A DNA stretch of 64,000 nucleotides from an uncultured Nitrososphaeraceae archaeon (GCA_963779615.1 CAVZZA010000001.1:448001-512000), one strand, 5' to 3'; numbered from the stretch's first letter, positions 20,092-30,681 are shown. The notes: generated from the sequence alone by a model not told the origin. Numbers and translations are program-made.

Positions 20092-21303
20092 ATGGATTCG
20101 GACTATTTGGATAACATTTTTGAAAAGGCAGTAATTGGTAATAATTTGATTAAAAATAGAAAAACACTAACAATAGATTATGTTCCAGAAAGACTCCCAT
20201 TTCGTGATGAAGAATCAAAAACTATTGCTCAAGTATTATCTGTGGTCCTAAAAAATGGAAGACCATCAAACCTTTTGGTTTTTGGAAAACCCGGAACGGG
20301 CAAAACAGCAGTTGTGAAAAATGTAATTAACAGGTTAAAAAAAAAATCAATAGAACATGGAATAGAAATAACTGTTACTATAGTCAATGCAAAGACCGCA
20401 AATACTTCCTACAAGGTATTGTATGATATTGCAGAGGACATGGGGACAAATAAAATTGATAAAAAATTAAAAGTTTATTTTACCGGATTATCCATGGGGG
20501 AAGCAACGGATCGGATTCTTGAATACGTAAAAAAAAATAATCTTCATGTGATTCTAGTCATAGATGAAATAGATTCTTTGGTGGATAGAAACGGTGATGA
20601 CATTCTATATAGTTTTACTAGGGCCAATGAACGATTATTAGAATCAGGTTTTATGTCTCTAATAGGTATATCCAACAGTTTAACATTTAAAGATAAATTG
20701 GATCCGAGGGTCAGAAGCAGTTTAAGTGAAGAAGAATTGGTATTCAACCCATATACAGTACTTCAATTAAAAGAAATTCTGTATGAACGTGCACAACTTG
20801 CTTTTAGTGAAGGATCCATCTCTCCATCTTCAATTAATTTATGTGCTGCAGTTGCTGGAAAGGAAAATGGTGATGCTAGAAAAGCAATAGATCTTTTAAG
20901 GGTAGCTGCAGAGATAGCTGAAAGAGAGCGAGCACAAATAGTTATTGAAAAACATATTAGAGAAGCGCAAGAAAAAATAGAAAAAGACACTAATTATGAA
21001 GTAATAAAGAATTCAACAACCCACACAAAATTAGTAGTTCTTTCCATATTGAAGTCTCAAACTGGGATGACTGGAGAAGTTTATGATATCTATGTTTCAT
21101 TATGTAAAATAATAGAACAGGATACGTTGACACAACGTAGAATTACTCAAATAGTAAGCGAATTAGATCAATTGGGATTAATCACTTCAAATGTAGTAAG
21201 TCATGGACGTTACGGGCGCTCTCAAATAATAAAAATTGCAGTTTCTTCTAATACAATAACAAATGCATTAAAGGAAGATTCTTTTTTATCTGTATTATTA
21301 TGA
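20092..21303 (+). CDS. cdc6: Orc1/Cdc6 replication initiator
   Basis: Walker A GKPGTGKT, Walker B IDEID, LDPRVRSSL, GDARKAIDLLR, C-terminal wHTH. Confidence 0.98.
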   Translation: MDSDYLDNIFEKAVIGNNLIKNRKTLTIDYVPERLPFRDEESKTIAQVLSVVLKNGRPSNLLVFGKPGTGKTAVVKNVINRLKKKSIEHGIEITVTIVNAKTANTSYKVLYDIAEDMGTNKIDKKLKVYFTGLSMGEATDRILEYVKKNNLHVILVIDEIDSLVDRNGDDILYSFTRANERLLESGFMSLIGISNSLTFKDKLDPRVRSSLSEEELVFNPYTVLQLKEILYERAQLAFSEGSISPSSINLCAAVAGKENGDARKAIDLLRVAAEIAERERAQIVIEKHIREAQEKIEKDTNYEVIKNSTTHTKLVVLSILKSQTGMTGEVYDIYVSLCKIIEQDTLTQRRITQIVSELDQLGLITSNVVSHGRYGRSQIIKIAVSSNTITNALKEDSFLSVLL

Positions 21304-21322
21304 GTCAACTATTTCGATTTAC

Positions 21323-21390
21323 TATGATCAAAGGACATGATCAAATGTTCTGATCAAAAGATATGATCGAAAGAACAGCTTTTTATAAAT
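21323..21390 (+). promoter_or_regulatory. Four 13-bp TGATC-centred repeats followed by a TATA box, upstream of wHTH copy 1
   Basis: tatgatcaaagga / catgatcaaatgt / tctgatcaaaaga / tatgatcgaaaga, then ttttataaat. Confidence 0.65.
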
Positions 21391-21420
21391 ACTTGGTCAA
21401 CATTGTTCTATTCGATAATA

Positions 21421-21675
21421 ATGAAATATAGAAGTAGAACAGAAATAACTGTGTTAATTCTAGAAGCAGCAAATGGGGGAGCCACCAAGACAAAAATCAT
21501 GTACAAATCATTCCTTTCATATGCACAGTTAAAAGAGTACTTTTCAATGTTGATAGAGAATGCATTGATAGAATATGAGGATGGAACACAAAAGTACAGG
21601 ACAACAGAAAAAGGTTTGCAGCTATTAAAAATATATAATCAGATAGAAGAATTAATTCCAAATACCATCAAATAA
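21421..21675 (+). CDS. Small wHTH regulator (COG3432-like), copy 1
   Basis: MKYRSRTEITVLILEAANGGATKTKIMYKSFLSYAQL. Confidence 0.9.
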   Translation: MKYRSRTEITVLILEAANGGATKTKIMYKSFLSYAQLKEYFSMLIENALIEYEDGTQKYRTTEKGLQLLKIYNQIEELIPNTIK

Positions 21676-21716
21676 TTTTTTATTTTTTAACAAATCAACA
21701 TCTTTTTGCTATTATA

Positions 21717-22073
21717 TTACTTAACTTTCAACATATGATGATTTGAAATATCTGCCGTTCCTTCTTTATAATTTACAACAACTGTATCCCCTATATTATA
21801 ATTGCAGTTATTTATTCCTCTGGGATGGTCAGGTGTATCTACAACACATACTCCATTATTTCTATTAATTACTTTAACTTGGGCCGAAACATCTTCCCTG
21901 ATTAAATTTTTAATAGGAAAAACAAAAACTCCCAAAACAACAAAAACTCCCAAAACAACAAATCCAAATATGATAAGTAATTTTTTAGTGGAGGGCTCTG
22001 AGTTTATTTTATCATAACCAAATGACATACAATTATTGATATTGCTAGACTTAAAAAACTGTCGAAATATCAT
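21717..22073 (-). CDS. Hypothetical single-pass membrane protein
   Basis: One transmembrane helix containing an 18-bp VVLGVF duplication; small domain with a Cys pair. Confidence 0.6.
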   Translation of the reverse strand: MIFRQFFKSSNINNCMSFGYDKINSEPSTKKLLIIFGFVVLGVFVVLGVFVFPIKNLIREDVSAQVKVINRNNGVCVVDTPDHPRGINNCNYNIGDTVVVNYKEGTADISNHHMLKVK

Positions 22074-22319
22074 TCATAACCTTGATTTGCATTTGGTATT
22101 TTAACAATAATAAAATGATACTTTAGAAGCGCTTCTGGAGAAGATCTTCGCAAACGCCGTATAAAGGAATAAAAAAAAGATAAAAAAAAGAGGCATTAAT
22201 ATAGAGCAAATATCATCATTTCTAGACCGAAAAGGTACAACGCAGTATAAGAAAGTATCAGGCTTGATAGACTCTATGATAACGAACAAGCATCACTCAA
22301 TCCAATAGAACATCAACTC

Positions 22320-22870
22320 ATGTTAAACGAGTGGAATGTCTTTATTTCTTGACCTCCCTTATAGTAATACTTTTGCAAACGCATTACATAGGTTATTGAT
22401 GAGTAGTTGTTTTCAATCAATTCATCTGGAAAATAGACACAGAGAGAAAGCCAGAAAAGTATCCTCCCAGAAGAAAAAGAAAAATGATCAATGAATGTTT
22501 TTTTTATGTGTAAAAGGATAAAAACTCTTGTCATGGTTGATTCAAAGCATAACTGGTTATGGGAGGTTGTTACTTAACAAAAAGATATTACTATTTAATG
22601 AACATGTTTATTGTTCATCTTTCCTTTTGTCTTTGATTGATATATATGGCAAACATCCAGTTTCCACGAAAGGTGATGGTGTGGGACACTCCATCCTCAT
22701 GCCTAAAAAACCCTGAAGATAAAATGATCATCATCACTATCGTTTAAAAATGTATTATTGGGAGTTATTCGGTATATCCAACAATAAGATGGAATAATGC
22801 TTTAATAATTACTTTCTATCCAGTTAAAAAGAACAGGTTTAAATTAATACATGTAACATATGGGTATCTG
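22320..22870 (+). mobile_element. Degenerate IS6-family transposase remnant
   Basis: Broken frames retain IYGKHPVST.G and KYPP..K segments shared with the other IS6 relics in this window; many stops; boundaries approximate. Confidence 0.6.
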
Positions 22871-23139
22871 TATTTGCTATTATTATTATAATAATAATAT
22901 ATTGAGTTAACAGTGCCTATTTTAGGGCATTACAGCCTAATCTAAATCAATAAAATAACAATTAATTAACAGCATTTATTATTTTTCAATTTTATTGAAG
23001 ATCCTAAATAATGCCAATAATAAAATCAATCACATTTTCGATGCCACTTTTTACTATGATCAAATGTTCTGATCAAAAGATATGATCGAAAGAACAGCTT
23101 TTTATAAATACTTGGTCAACATTGTTCTATTCGATAATA

Positions 23140-23418
23140 ATGAAATATAGAAGTAGAACAGAAATAACTGTGTTAATTCTAGAAGCAGCAAATGGGGGAG
23201 CCACCAAGACAAAAATCATGTACAAATCATTCCTTTCATATGCACAGTTAAAAGAGTACTTTTCAATGTTGATAGAGAATGCATTGATAGAATATGAGGA
23301 TGGAACACAAAAGTACAGGACAACAGAAAAAGGTTTGCAGCTATTAAAAATATATAATCAGATAGAAGAATTAATTCCAAATACCATCAATTCGTCAATA
23401 CACAAAGAGCCTTTTTAA
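23140..23418 (+). CDS. Small wHTH regulator, copy 2
   Basis: Nucleotide-identical to copy 1 up to ...NTI, with a different tail. Confidence 0.9.
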   Translation: MKYRSRTEITVLILEAANGGATKTKIMYKSFLSYAQLKEYFSMLIENALIEYEDGTQKYRTTEKGLQLLKIYNQIEELIPNTINSSIHKEPF

Positions 23419-23579
23419 ATCTCTTTCTTTTTATTTATTTTTTTAATCTAAAAATTTAAGCCTTATTATTCTGATTGTTATCTTATATCATAATATCCAT
23501 AACTATTTAATTCATTATTACTAATAATAAAACTTGGAGAAGATTATCAGATTATTGAAAATTATTGATAGCAAATATC

Positions 23580-24261
23580 TTAAATTGCTTTGCTGCATAA
23601 TTAGGCCACAGATTTATCCCTCGTTCTAATACACTACATTCAATCAATCTATACAATTCTGTGTTCAGAACAATCTTTTTTATAATATTTGGAGACTCCA
23701 TTGCAGAGACACTTTTCCAAATATCTCCTCATGGCCAAAAATTTCAAATTCGGTCATCATTTACTAATGGACTTTGGGTCCTCCTTTCTCTTCTTCCTCT
23801 TTACCTAGAAGAATCCTTTGTTTTAGAAAATGAGATGATAGAGTTCTTTTTGCTATATTGATTTCCGGTTGAACCTATTTTCCTCCCAGATACTTAAAAT
23901 TAAAATTAATATTTAGGCTTCATCGGCCAAAAAATTTAATCTTGCCATTTTAGGTTGTTTTAAATGTCCTAATGATTTTTTCATTACTTGACAATCATAA
24001 TGTATCTTTTCATTTCTGTAAATTCTAAAGCAAGGTCCCTCGTTTTTTGTATTTTCTGTGCACTTTATTTTTATCCATGATTTTTTCCCCATCTTCCCAC
24101 TATAAATTTGAAAAGTCATAGGTAAAGAGGATCTCTCAATATCTTATAGGAGAACAACTTAATGAAGTCCAACATGTCATGTCTTGAAAGATGGTCTTGC
24201 GAAATGGAATTGATTGCTTTAATAAGATAAAATGGTAAAATTATGCAACAAAGCAACTTAA
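23580..24261. mobile_element. Degenerate element of about 680 bp bounded by terminal inverted repeats (IS remnant or MITE-like)
   Basis: 23-bp inverted repeats with 2 mismatches: ttaaattgctttgctgcataatt (23580-23602) and aattatgcaacaaagcaacttaa (24239-24261); only broken ORFs inside. Confidence 0.55.
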
Positions 24262-24278
24262 TTCTAAAAAATTCATAG

Positions 24279-24539
24279 TCAGTTATTATTTATGTGGGGG
24301 ATTATCTCTTCTATCTGATTATATATTTTTAATAACTGCAAACCTTTTTCTGTTGTCCTGTACATGTTTAGCATTCCATCCTCATATTCTATCAATGCAT
24401 TCTCTATCAACATTGAAAAGTACTCTTTTAACTGTGCATATGAAAGGAATGATTTGTACATGATTTTTGTCTTGGTGGCTCCCCCATTTGCTGCTTCTAG
24501 AATTAACACAGTTATTTCTGTTCTACTTCTATATTTCAT
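24279..24539 (-). CDS. Small wHTH regulator, copy 3 (inverted)
   Basis: Identical to copies 1 and 2 up to YEDG; then MLNMY instead of TQKY and a different C-terminus. Confidence 0.9.
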   Translation of the reverse strand: MKYRSRTEITVLILEAANGGATKTKIMYKSFLSYAQLKEYFSMLIENALIEYEDGMLNMYRTTEKGLQLLKIYNQIEEIIPHINNN

Positions 24540-25069
24540 TATTATCGAATAGAACAATGTTGACCAAGTATTTATAAAAAGCTGTTCTTTCGATCATATC
24601 TTTTGATCAGAACACTTTATTAGTTAAATTTTTTCAAATATTTTTCATAAGTTGTGTTGTTTGAATATCAGTCAAAGATCATACCTTCCAAATGTAACCA
24701 AGTTACAGAAGAATAAGAAAGGAGATGTAAAACAATAAAGGCAACAATATCAATAATAACAATATATTTATTTATAGCAAAATTCATACATATTGCCTAT
24801 ACAATCCTTGTAACTTTTTAATAATATGCTAGACTTGTCTTTATTTTCTTTATAAAGAATTTGATATAGGGGAGTATAAAGTAAGAAGCATTGAATTTTT
24901 TTACAAAAGAGTAATAAAATACTCTGAATAATTTCACTTGAGTGTACATATTTAATAAGCCTGTTTTGTCTGGATATACCAAAGTGTTACTTTAATACAC
25001 ACTACATAATTCATGTTGAAGGTAAAAAAATCAGATATGTTATATATAGAGAAAATCTAATAAATCAAA

Positions 25070-26083
25070 TTGCCTCCAACTAATTATGAAGAATATATTA
25101 CAGCTACAATTATTGCGTCCGTTATTTCCTTTTTAATACCTATAATCTTTATGCCCGCTTTTATCAAACTTCTCTCCTCAAAAGGATCTGTAGTAAATGA
25201 TAACCATAAACCCAATAAACCAAAGATCCCAAGGCCTGGTGGCCCCATTTTATTATCAAGCATTATTGCAGGAGAATTAATTCTATTTTTAATAACTGGT
25301 TTTTATGAAATTATAGGCATAATTATTACTACTTTTATAGCATTTGTGATTGGAATTGTTGACGATTTTAGAATAATGCCTGGATGGTTTAAACCTGTTG
25401 CTTTAATATTGGCTTCAATACCTCTTATAGTGTTTCATGTGCATGAAAACCAATTGAATGTTATTTTTGGCAATGTGTTTATACCATTATTATACATTCC
25501 ATTGATACTAATTGCAATACCATTAGTTGGAAATACGATAAATTCAATTGATGTATTTAATGGAGTTGCTACTGGATTTTTAATTATAACAATGTTTCCT
25601 TTATTAATAAGCACATTGCTATTCGGAAAACCCGAAATTTTTTTAATAGAGTTACCATTTTTTGCTACTTTATTGGGGTTTTATCGATTTCATAAGTATC
25701 CTAGTAAAATATTCCCGGGAGATTCAGGTACATTGCTAATGGGAGCAATGTATGGATCTTTTGCTATTGCTTCCAAGTCCGAGATTATTGCAATAATAGC
25801 ATTATTGCCCGCAATAATGAATTCCTTTTTATTTTTAAGCAGTGTTAAAAAAATTGTTGAACATCGACAGTTAAAAGCAAGACCAACTATCCTTAAAGAC
25901 GATTACAGACTTGAAGCTTCTAAAGAAAAAGATGCACCCATTACATTAGTAAGGTTAATTTTGTTGGATGGCTCACTTTCAGAAAAACAAATAGTAAACA
26001 AGATCTATAAATTGGGAATTTTTTCATCCTCTTTATCTATTATTACAATTTTATTACAATATTTTATATTAAACATAAAATGA
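25070..26083 (+). CDS. Polyprenyl-phosphate GlcNAc-1-phosphate transferase (MraY/GPT, AglH-like)
   Basis: GIVDD, NSIDVFNG and PSKIFPGDSG motifs; multiple transmembrane segments. Confidence 0.9.
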   Translation: MPPTNYEEYITATIIASVISFLIPIIFMPAFIKLLSSKGSVVNDNHKPNKPKIPRPGGPILLSSIIAGELILFLITGFYEIIGIIITTFIAFVIGIVDDFRIMPGWFKPVALILASIPLIVFHVHENQLNVIFGNVFIPLLYIPLILIAIPLVGNTINSIDVFNGVATGFLIITMFPLLISTLLFGKPEIFLIELPFFATLLGFYRFHKYPSKIFPGDSGTLLMGAMYGSFAIASKSEIIAIIALLPAIMNSFLFLSSVKKIVEHRQLKARPTILKDDYRLEASKEKDAPITLVRLILLDGSLSEKQIVNKIYKLGIFSSSLSIITILLQYFILNIK

Positions 26084-26352
26084 CAAAGTTAAAAAAAATG
26101 AAGTTTTTGGATCTTAGGTATTTTATTTTGTTTATGTGGGGATTGGTTCTGATAGCTTGTATTTCCATTATTTTTATTATAGCTCCGTTAAGTAAACATC
26201 AAATATACCAACTAAACTCACTAATAACCTTACAAACTTCTATTATTCAAGCGATTTTAGCAGTTATAATAGTAGGCCTATTGATATACTTACTAAATAA
26301 ATTTAAAAAAATATATCTTTTTAAAAAATTATTGGATAAAGAAAAAGATTAA
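26080..26352 (+). CDS. Hypothetical two-TM membrane protein
   Basis: ATGA overlap with the upstream gene; two hydrophobic helices. Confidence 0.6.
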   Translation: MTKLKKMKFLDLRYFILFMWGLVLIACISIIFIIAPLSKHQIYQLNSLITLQTSIIQAILAVIIVGLLIYLLNKFKKIYLFKKLLDKEKD

Positions 26353-26564
26353 TCTAATTCTGCCTTATATATTTGGATTATCTTGGAAAATCCTTTTTCT
26401 TCTACAAAATTCCATGTTTTTCCACAAATTGGACATGTAATTATTTTGTCATTCGAGGTAAATTCAAGTTGATAGTGACTACATCGGATCTGATATTCAT
26501 ATTTTAAAGATTCCAACTCTTTTATTGTACTAATATCCCTGACAGAGTTTTCTGTCAATACCAT
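26349..26564 (-). CDS. Small hypothetical protein, possible Zn finger
   Basis: CSH...CPICG motif. Confidence 0.5.
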   Translation of the reverse strand: MVLTENSVRDISTIKELESLKYEYQIRCSHYQLEFTSNDKIITCPICGKTWNFVEEKGFSKIIQIYKAELD

Positions 26565-26741
26565 TTTTTGATACTTGTATAATATAATCTATTATCATTA
26601 ATTTATTAAGTAAAATAAATTTAATGACCTATGTAAATATTTATTTCATTTTCTAATTGAAAATTATTAAAGTATATAAATTATAAATTATCTAACATAA
26701 TTTCCCACATCTATATATATTGACAATGTTCAATCTTCTTA

Positions 26742-27824
26742 TTGGATAATGTAAATTCGGATATTAGAAAAATTCAGTTTACAGGGAGATCCACCTACAT
26801 TTTGTCATTACCTAAAAAATGGATTGAAGAGATGAAGCTAAAAGCTGGCGATCATGTTTCAATATCTAGAAATTCAAATAACTCATTATGCATTACACCA
26901 GAGCAGGAAAAAAAGATACATGATTCAATAGATGAAGTTACAACTTTAGTTTTAATTGATGAAGGTCCAAATACATTAAAAAGAAAAATAGTGTCGATTT
27001 ATCTGTCAGGCTATAATTTAATTAATCTGAAATCAAAAATAGGAAGAATTCAACCAGTGCAAAGAGAAGCAGTTAGAGAAATAGTACAAAGAAGCTTGAT
27101 TGGAACAGAAATCATTGCAGATTCAGCTGATATAATTACAATCCAAGTTTTATTAACATTACCTGAATTATCGGTTAACACTGCAGTAAGAAGAATGTTT
27201 TTGATAGCATCTTCAATGCATAAAGACGTCATAATTGCACTAAAAGAAAAAAGTTCTGAAATAGCAAATGGGGTGATTGAGTCAGATGATGAAGTGGATA
27301 GATTCAGCTTATACATAATGAGAAATTTAGTAATGGCCACAAATAATGAAAGAATTTTGCAAGAGATAGGATTAAAAAACCCCTCAGATTGCTTGAGTTA
27401 TAGGGTTACTGTAAAAAGTATTGAAAGAGTGGCCGACCATGCGACTAGAATTGCAATAAAGTCCATGGAAATTCATAGCACTATTCCTGTTAAAACAATG
27501 GAGAAACTTGAAAAATTAAGTAGTTTGGCATTAGATGTATTAACCTCGTCTGTGGAAGCATTCTTGAGAAGAGATTATAATTTAGCAGATAAAATAGCCG
27601 ATAAATCGGAAAACGTGTTAAACTTTGAAAAAGAATCCATGAAGTTTTTTGATTCTCTAGAAAACAAAACTGCAAACAATCAAAATACAAGTGCTAATAT
27701 TAAATTAATATTAGAAGATATTCGTAGAACTGTAGAACATGCTAGCGATATTGCAGAATCTGCCATGAATCAAACTGTAGGAGAGGTAATTAAAATAGAA
27801 AAAAAATTAGGTATTACTTTGTAG
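26742..27824 (+). CDS. phoU: Phosphate uptake regulator (AbrB-like DNA-binding domain plus PhoU domains)
   Basis: RKIQFTGRSTYILSLPKKW, DDEVDRF and ERVADHA motifs. Confidence 0.92.
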   Translation: MDNVNSDIRKIQFTGRSTYILSLPKKWIEEMKLKAGDHVSISRNSNNSLCITPEQEKKIHDSIDEVTTLVLIDEGPNTLKRKIVSIYLSGYNLINLKSKIGRIQPVQREAVREIVQRSLIGTEIIADSADIITIQVLLTLPELSVNTAVRRMFLIASSMHKDVIIALKEKSSEIANGVIESDDEVDRFSLYIMRNLVMATNNERILQEIGLKNPSDCLSYRVTVKSIERVADHATRIAIKSMEIHSTIPVKTMEKLEKLSSLALDVLTSSVEAFLRRDYNLADKIADKSENVLNFEKESMKFFDSLENKTANNQNTSANIKLILEDIRRTVEHASDIAESAMNQTVGEVIKIEKKLGITL

Positions 27825-28029
27825 GTAGATTTCATTTATTTTAAAACAAAGAATACAATGGACATTGCAATTATCATGCAGACATATTGATTGAAGAGAA
27901 TTGCAATTAAAACACCATACTTGTTTATTCATAACGTAAAAAAAATAGTAATCATTATAAATATTACGAATAATTAGATCTTAAATTACTTTACAATTAA
28001 TTGTTAAAATTTAAAATAAAAAATAAATA

Positions 28030-28368
28030 TTAAAGGGCAGTTTCTCCTCTTGACTTTGTCCTTATATCAACCGCTTCTTGAATATCAGATATAAAGATTT
28101 TTCCACCAATTTTATTACTTAATTGATCTAATAAGCTTGTGATAATAGTCTCCACCATTTCGTCTTTAACCACAGTTTCAACCTTTGTTCTTGGAATAAA
28201 TTCCGGAGTATATTGCATAGTACCTCGTCCAATTGAGACTGGCTCGGCTTTAGTTTTTCCTTTTCCTTCAATACGGTAGTGGTTCATTCCTCCAATATTT
28301 TTATCCTTAAAAATTCCACTAACTGTTTGCAATTCCCTATCCGGTATAATTATCTCAATTTTTTTCAT
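28030..28368 (-). CDS. glnB: P-II family nitrogen regulator
   Basis: MKKIEIII, T-loop and GKIFISDI..AVDIRT..RGE motifs. Confidence 0.88.
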   Translation of the reverse strand: MKKIEIIIPDRELQTVSGIFKDKNIGGMNHYRIEGKGKTKAEPVSIGRGTMQYTPEFIPRTKVETVVKDEMVETIITSLLDQLSNKIGGKIFISDIQEAVDIRTKSRGETAL

Positions 28369-28788
28369 TATTACTAATCAACCATCCTCTCTTTTATATA
28401 AGAAGTTTAAATGATCAATGTGTTCTTTGCATTGCACTGCAATATTATCATAAAAAAGGCTAAATATATAATATTTATAAATTAATACATACTTGTATAT
28501 CATTCCAATATAAAAGGATTTAAAGAAAATTAATGGTTTTAATTAATAAAATGGTTGTTTGTAATAGTATTTTACAATAGATTGCCCTGGGTTAATTATC
28601 AAATTCTGATTCCTCTCCGTTTAAATAAGATTTGCAAAAAACGTCACCGTTTACTTATTACCAGCTTTACATTTTACAATTTGATTTTTACTTTAGTTAG
28701 TTTCTAAAAGAACACTATTTTATTCATGCATAATAGTTGCATTAGTAAAATACCATTAGAATTCTAAAGTGCGCATTATAAAGTATGA

Positions 28789-29883
28789 ATGTTTTATTTT
28801 CTTGTGTACATATCAAATACAACACGTACTTTTGCAATCGTATTTTTGTTCATAACCTTGGTTTACTTTTTTCCTTCTAAAGCTATCGTTTCATACGAAA
28901 TATCAAATTCAAAGCCTGATAATTCATTTATTACAAAAACTACTGATTGTATAACCAGTATGATGACAAGTACTATTATCGGTACCGAAGCTGATTGTTT
29001 TAATATTTTGGATATAAAAGATTACAATTCTAAATATAATATCAGTGCGATAAATGATAGTAATTCTCCAAGTAAAAATAACTCATTTTACTTTAATTTT
29101 CAGAATATGCAAAATAAAACTAATGCTAATACCTCTGCCATCCCAATAGGAGCAATAAATCCGGTGAATACCAGCCCTGTCAGCAGCAGTTCTGCTGCCC
29201 CTCCTTTACCACCACCGGATAACCCCTCAACATTAGCGAATCCGGTGAATACCAGCCCTGTCAGCAGCAGTTCTGCTGCCCCTCCTTTACCACCACCGGA
29301 TAACCCCTCAACATTAGCGAATCCGGTGAATACCAGCCCTGTCAGCAGCAGTTCTGCTGCCCCTCCTTTACCACCACCGGATAACCCCTCAACATTAGCG
29401 AATCCGGTGAATACCAGCCCTGTCAGCAGCAGTTCTGCTGCCCCTCCTTTACCACCACCGGATAACCCATTAGAATCTATTACTTCTCAGCAACAAGACC
29501 AAAATCTACCTTCTGCTAATTCCTCAGCTAAAGACACGAACAATGACAACAATTCATCTGATGACGGAAATGACAACAATTCATCTGATGACGGAAATGA
29601 CAACAATTCATCTGATGACGGAAATGACAACAATTCATCTGATGACGGAAATGACAACAATTCATCTGATGACGGAAATGACAACAATTCATCTGATGAC
29701 GGAAATGACAATTCAGTGAATACCAGCCCTGTCAGCAGTTCTGCTGCCCCTCCTTTACCACCATTAGATAACCCATCAGCTAAAGACACGAACAATGACA
29801 ACAATTCATCTGATGACAATGATGACAATGATGACAATGATGACTCTGATGACAATGATGACGGAGATGACAATGATGATTAA
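28789..29883 (+). CDS. Secreted or surface low-complexity protein with Pro/Ser and Asn/Asp repeats
   Basis: N-terminal hydrophobic segment; in-frame tandem repeats. Confidence 0.65.
   Translation: MFYFLVYISNTTRTFAIVFLFITLVYFFPSKAIVSYEISNSKPDNSFITKTTDCITSMMTSTIIGTEADCFNILDIKDYNSKYNISAINDSNSPSKNNSFYFNFQNMQNKTNANTSAIPIGAINPVNTSPVSSSSAAPPLPPPDNPSTLANPVNTSPVSSSSAAPPLPPPDNPSTLANPVNTSPVSSSSAAPPLPPPDNPSTLANPVNTSPVSSSSAAPPLPPPDNPLESITSQQQDQNLPSANSSAKDTNNDNNSSDDGNDNNSSDDGNDNNSSDDGNDNNSSDDGNDNNSSDDGNDNNSSDDGNDNSVNTSPVSSSAAPPLPPLDNPSAKDTNNDNNSSDDNDDNDDNDDSDDNDDGDDNDD
29158..29469 (+). repeat. 81-bp tandem repeat, about 4 copies (NPVNTSPVSSSSAAPPLPPPDNPSTLA)
   Basis: Seen directly; a partial fifth copy lies near 29716-29775. 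Confidence 0.95.
29542..29712 (+). repeat. 27-bp tandem repeat, about 6 copies (NDNNSSDDG)
   Basis: aatgacaacaattcatctgatgacgga repeated. Confidence 0.95.
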
Positions 29884-30062
29884 CCTATTAATGAATAGAC
29901 GATAGGAAGTTGTCCATGTTTTAATATTTTTTATTTCTTATAATGATTTATATGGTTCAGAAAAAATTAATCGCGTTAAAGATAATATAGCATCTTTAAT
30001 TTTTATTTGTCTTTGATTCAGAATACCTTTATAGCGAATATAAATATAAAATAAAATGCTAG

Positions 30063-30293
30063 CTAATCTGTTGCAATTATAACTATGTTCTCTCCTTTGA
30101 TAAATATTTCTCCCATTTCTTGGGTTTGATCTTTTAAGATTTCTGTAGCATTTTCTATTGTTAAATTCATATATTGATCAAAACTTTTTAGTTTTCCTTT
30201 CAGAGTTCTTTTTCCTTTTAATTTGATGGTTATATTTTTATGTAAACTGCCTTGCAAAATATTGGATTGATTGTTCTGAGGTGATGATGACAA
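30063..30293 (-). CDS. Sm-like (LSm) RNA-binding protein
   Basis: Sm1 motif GKLKSFDQYMNL and Sm2 motif IFIKGENIV. Confidence 0.92.
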   Translation of the reverse strand: MSSSPQNNQSNILQGSLHKNITIKLKGKRTLKGKLKSFDQYMNLTIENATEILKDQTQEMGEIFIKGENIVIIATD

Positions 30294-30363
30294 TAAAGGA
30301 TAAAACTATTTTTTGTTATTTAGGTTTAACTTAATTGCCATGTATTAAACGAAACAAGAATGG

Positions 30364-30681
30364 TTATATCCATGACCAGGGCTCAATTCCACGCAGTTCA
30401 CATTGTTTTCTTATTATCATCTTTGAGCGATTAATTGATTCTTCTTCGCTCATAGTGCCTTTTTTTAAATACTGTATAAATACTTCTTCAAATAGTTTTT
30501 TTGCTCTTTCCTCATTGAATTCCTTATAACTTTTTGACTTTACATAATTCTCTTTCTTTATATCCGTCTTATCGCTATTTTCTGGTTTTATCATATTGGT
30601 TCCTTTTAAAATGTTATATTCTTCCTTACATAGATGGCAACTCCACTCAAAAAAAAAATTATGAATGTTGCATTTGGTCAC
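30364..30681 (-). CDS. Hypothetical protein
   Basis: Clean ORF with CxxH..CxxC and C-terminal RGIEPWSW. Confidence 0.55.
   Translation of the reverse strand: MTKCNIHNFFFEWSCHLCKEEYNILKGTNMIKPENSDKTDIKKENYVKSKSYKEFNEERAKKLFEEVFIQYLKKGTMSEEESINRSKMIIRKQCELRGIEPWSWI

Noticed and set aside
21421-24539. Diversity-generating retroelement (template and variable repeats) to explain the wHTH copies
   Set aside because: There is no reverse transcriptase in the window. The differences include an indel and non-adenine changes, and all three copies are full genes with promoters.
29158-29712. CRISPR-like repeats
   Set aside because: The units are contiguous, in-frame multiples of 3 with no unique spacers, so this is a coding VNTR.
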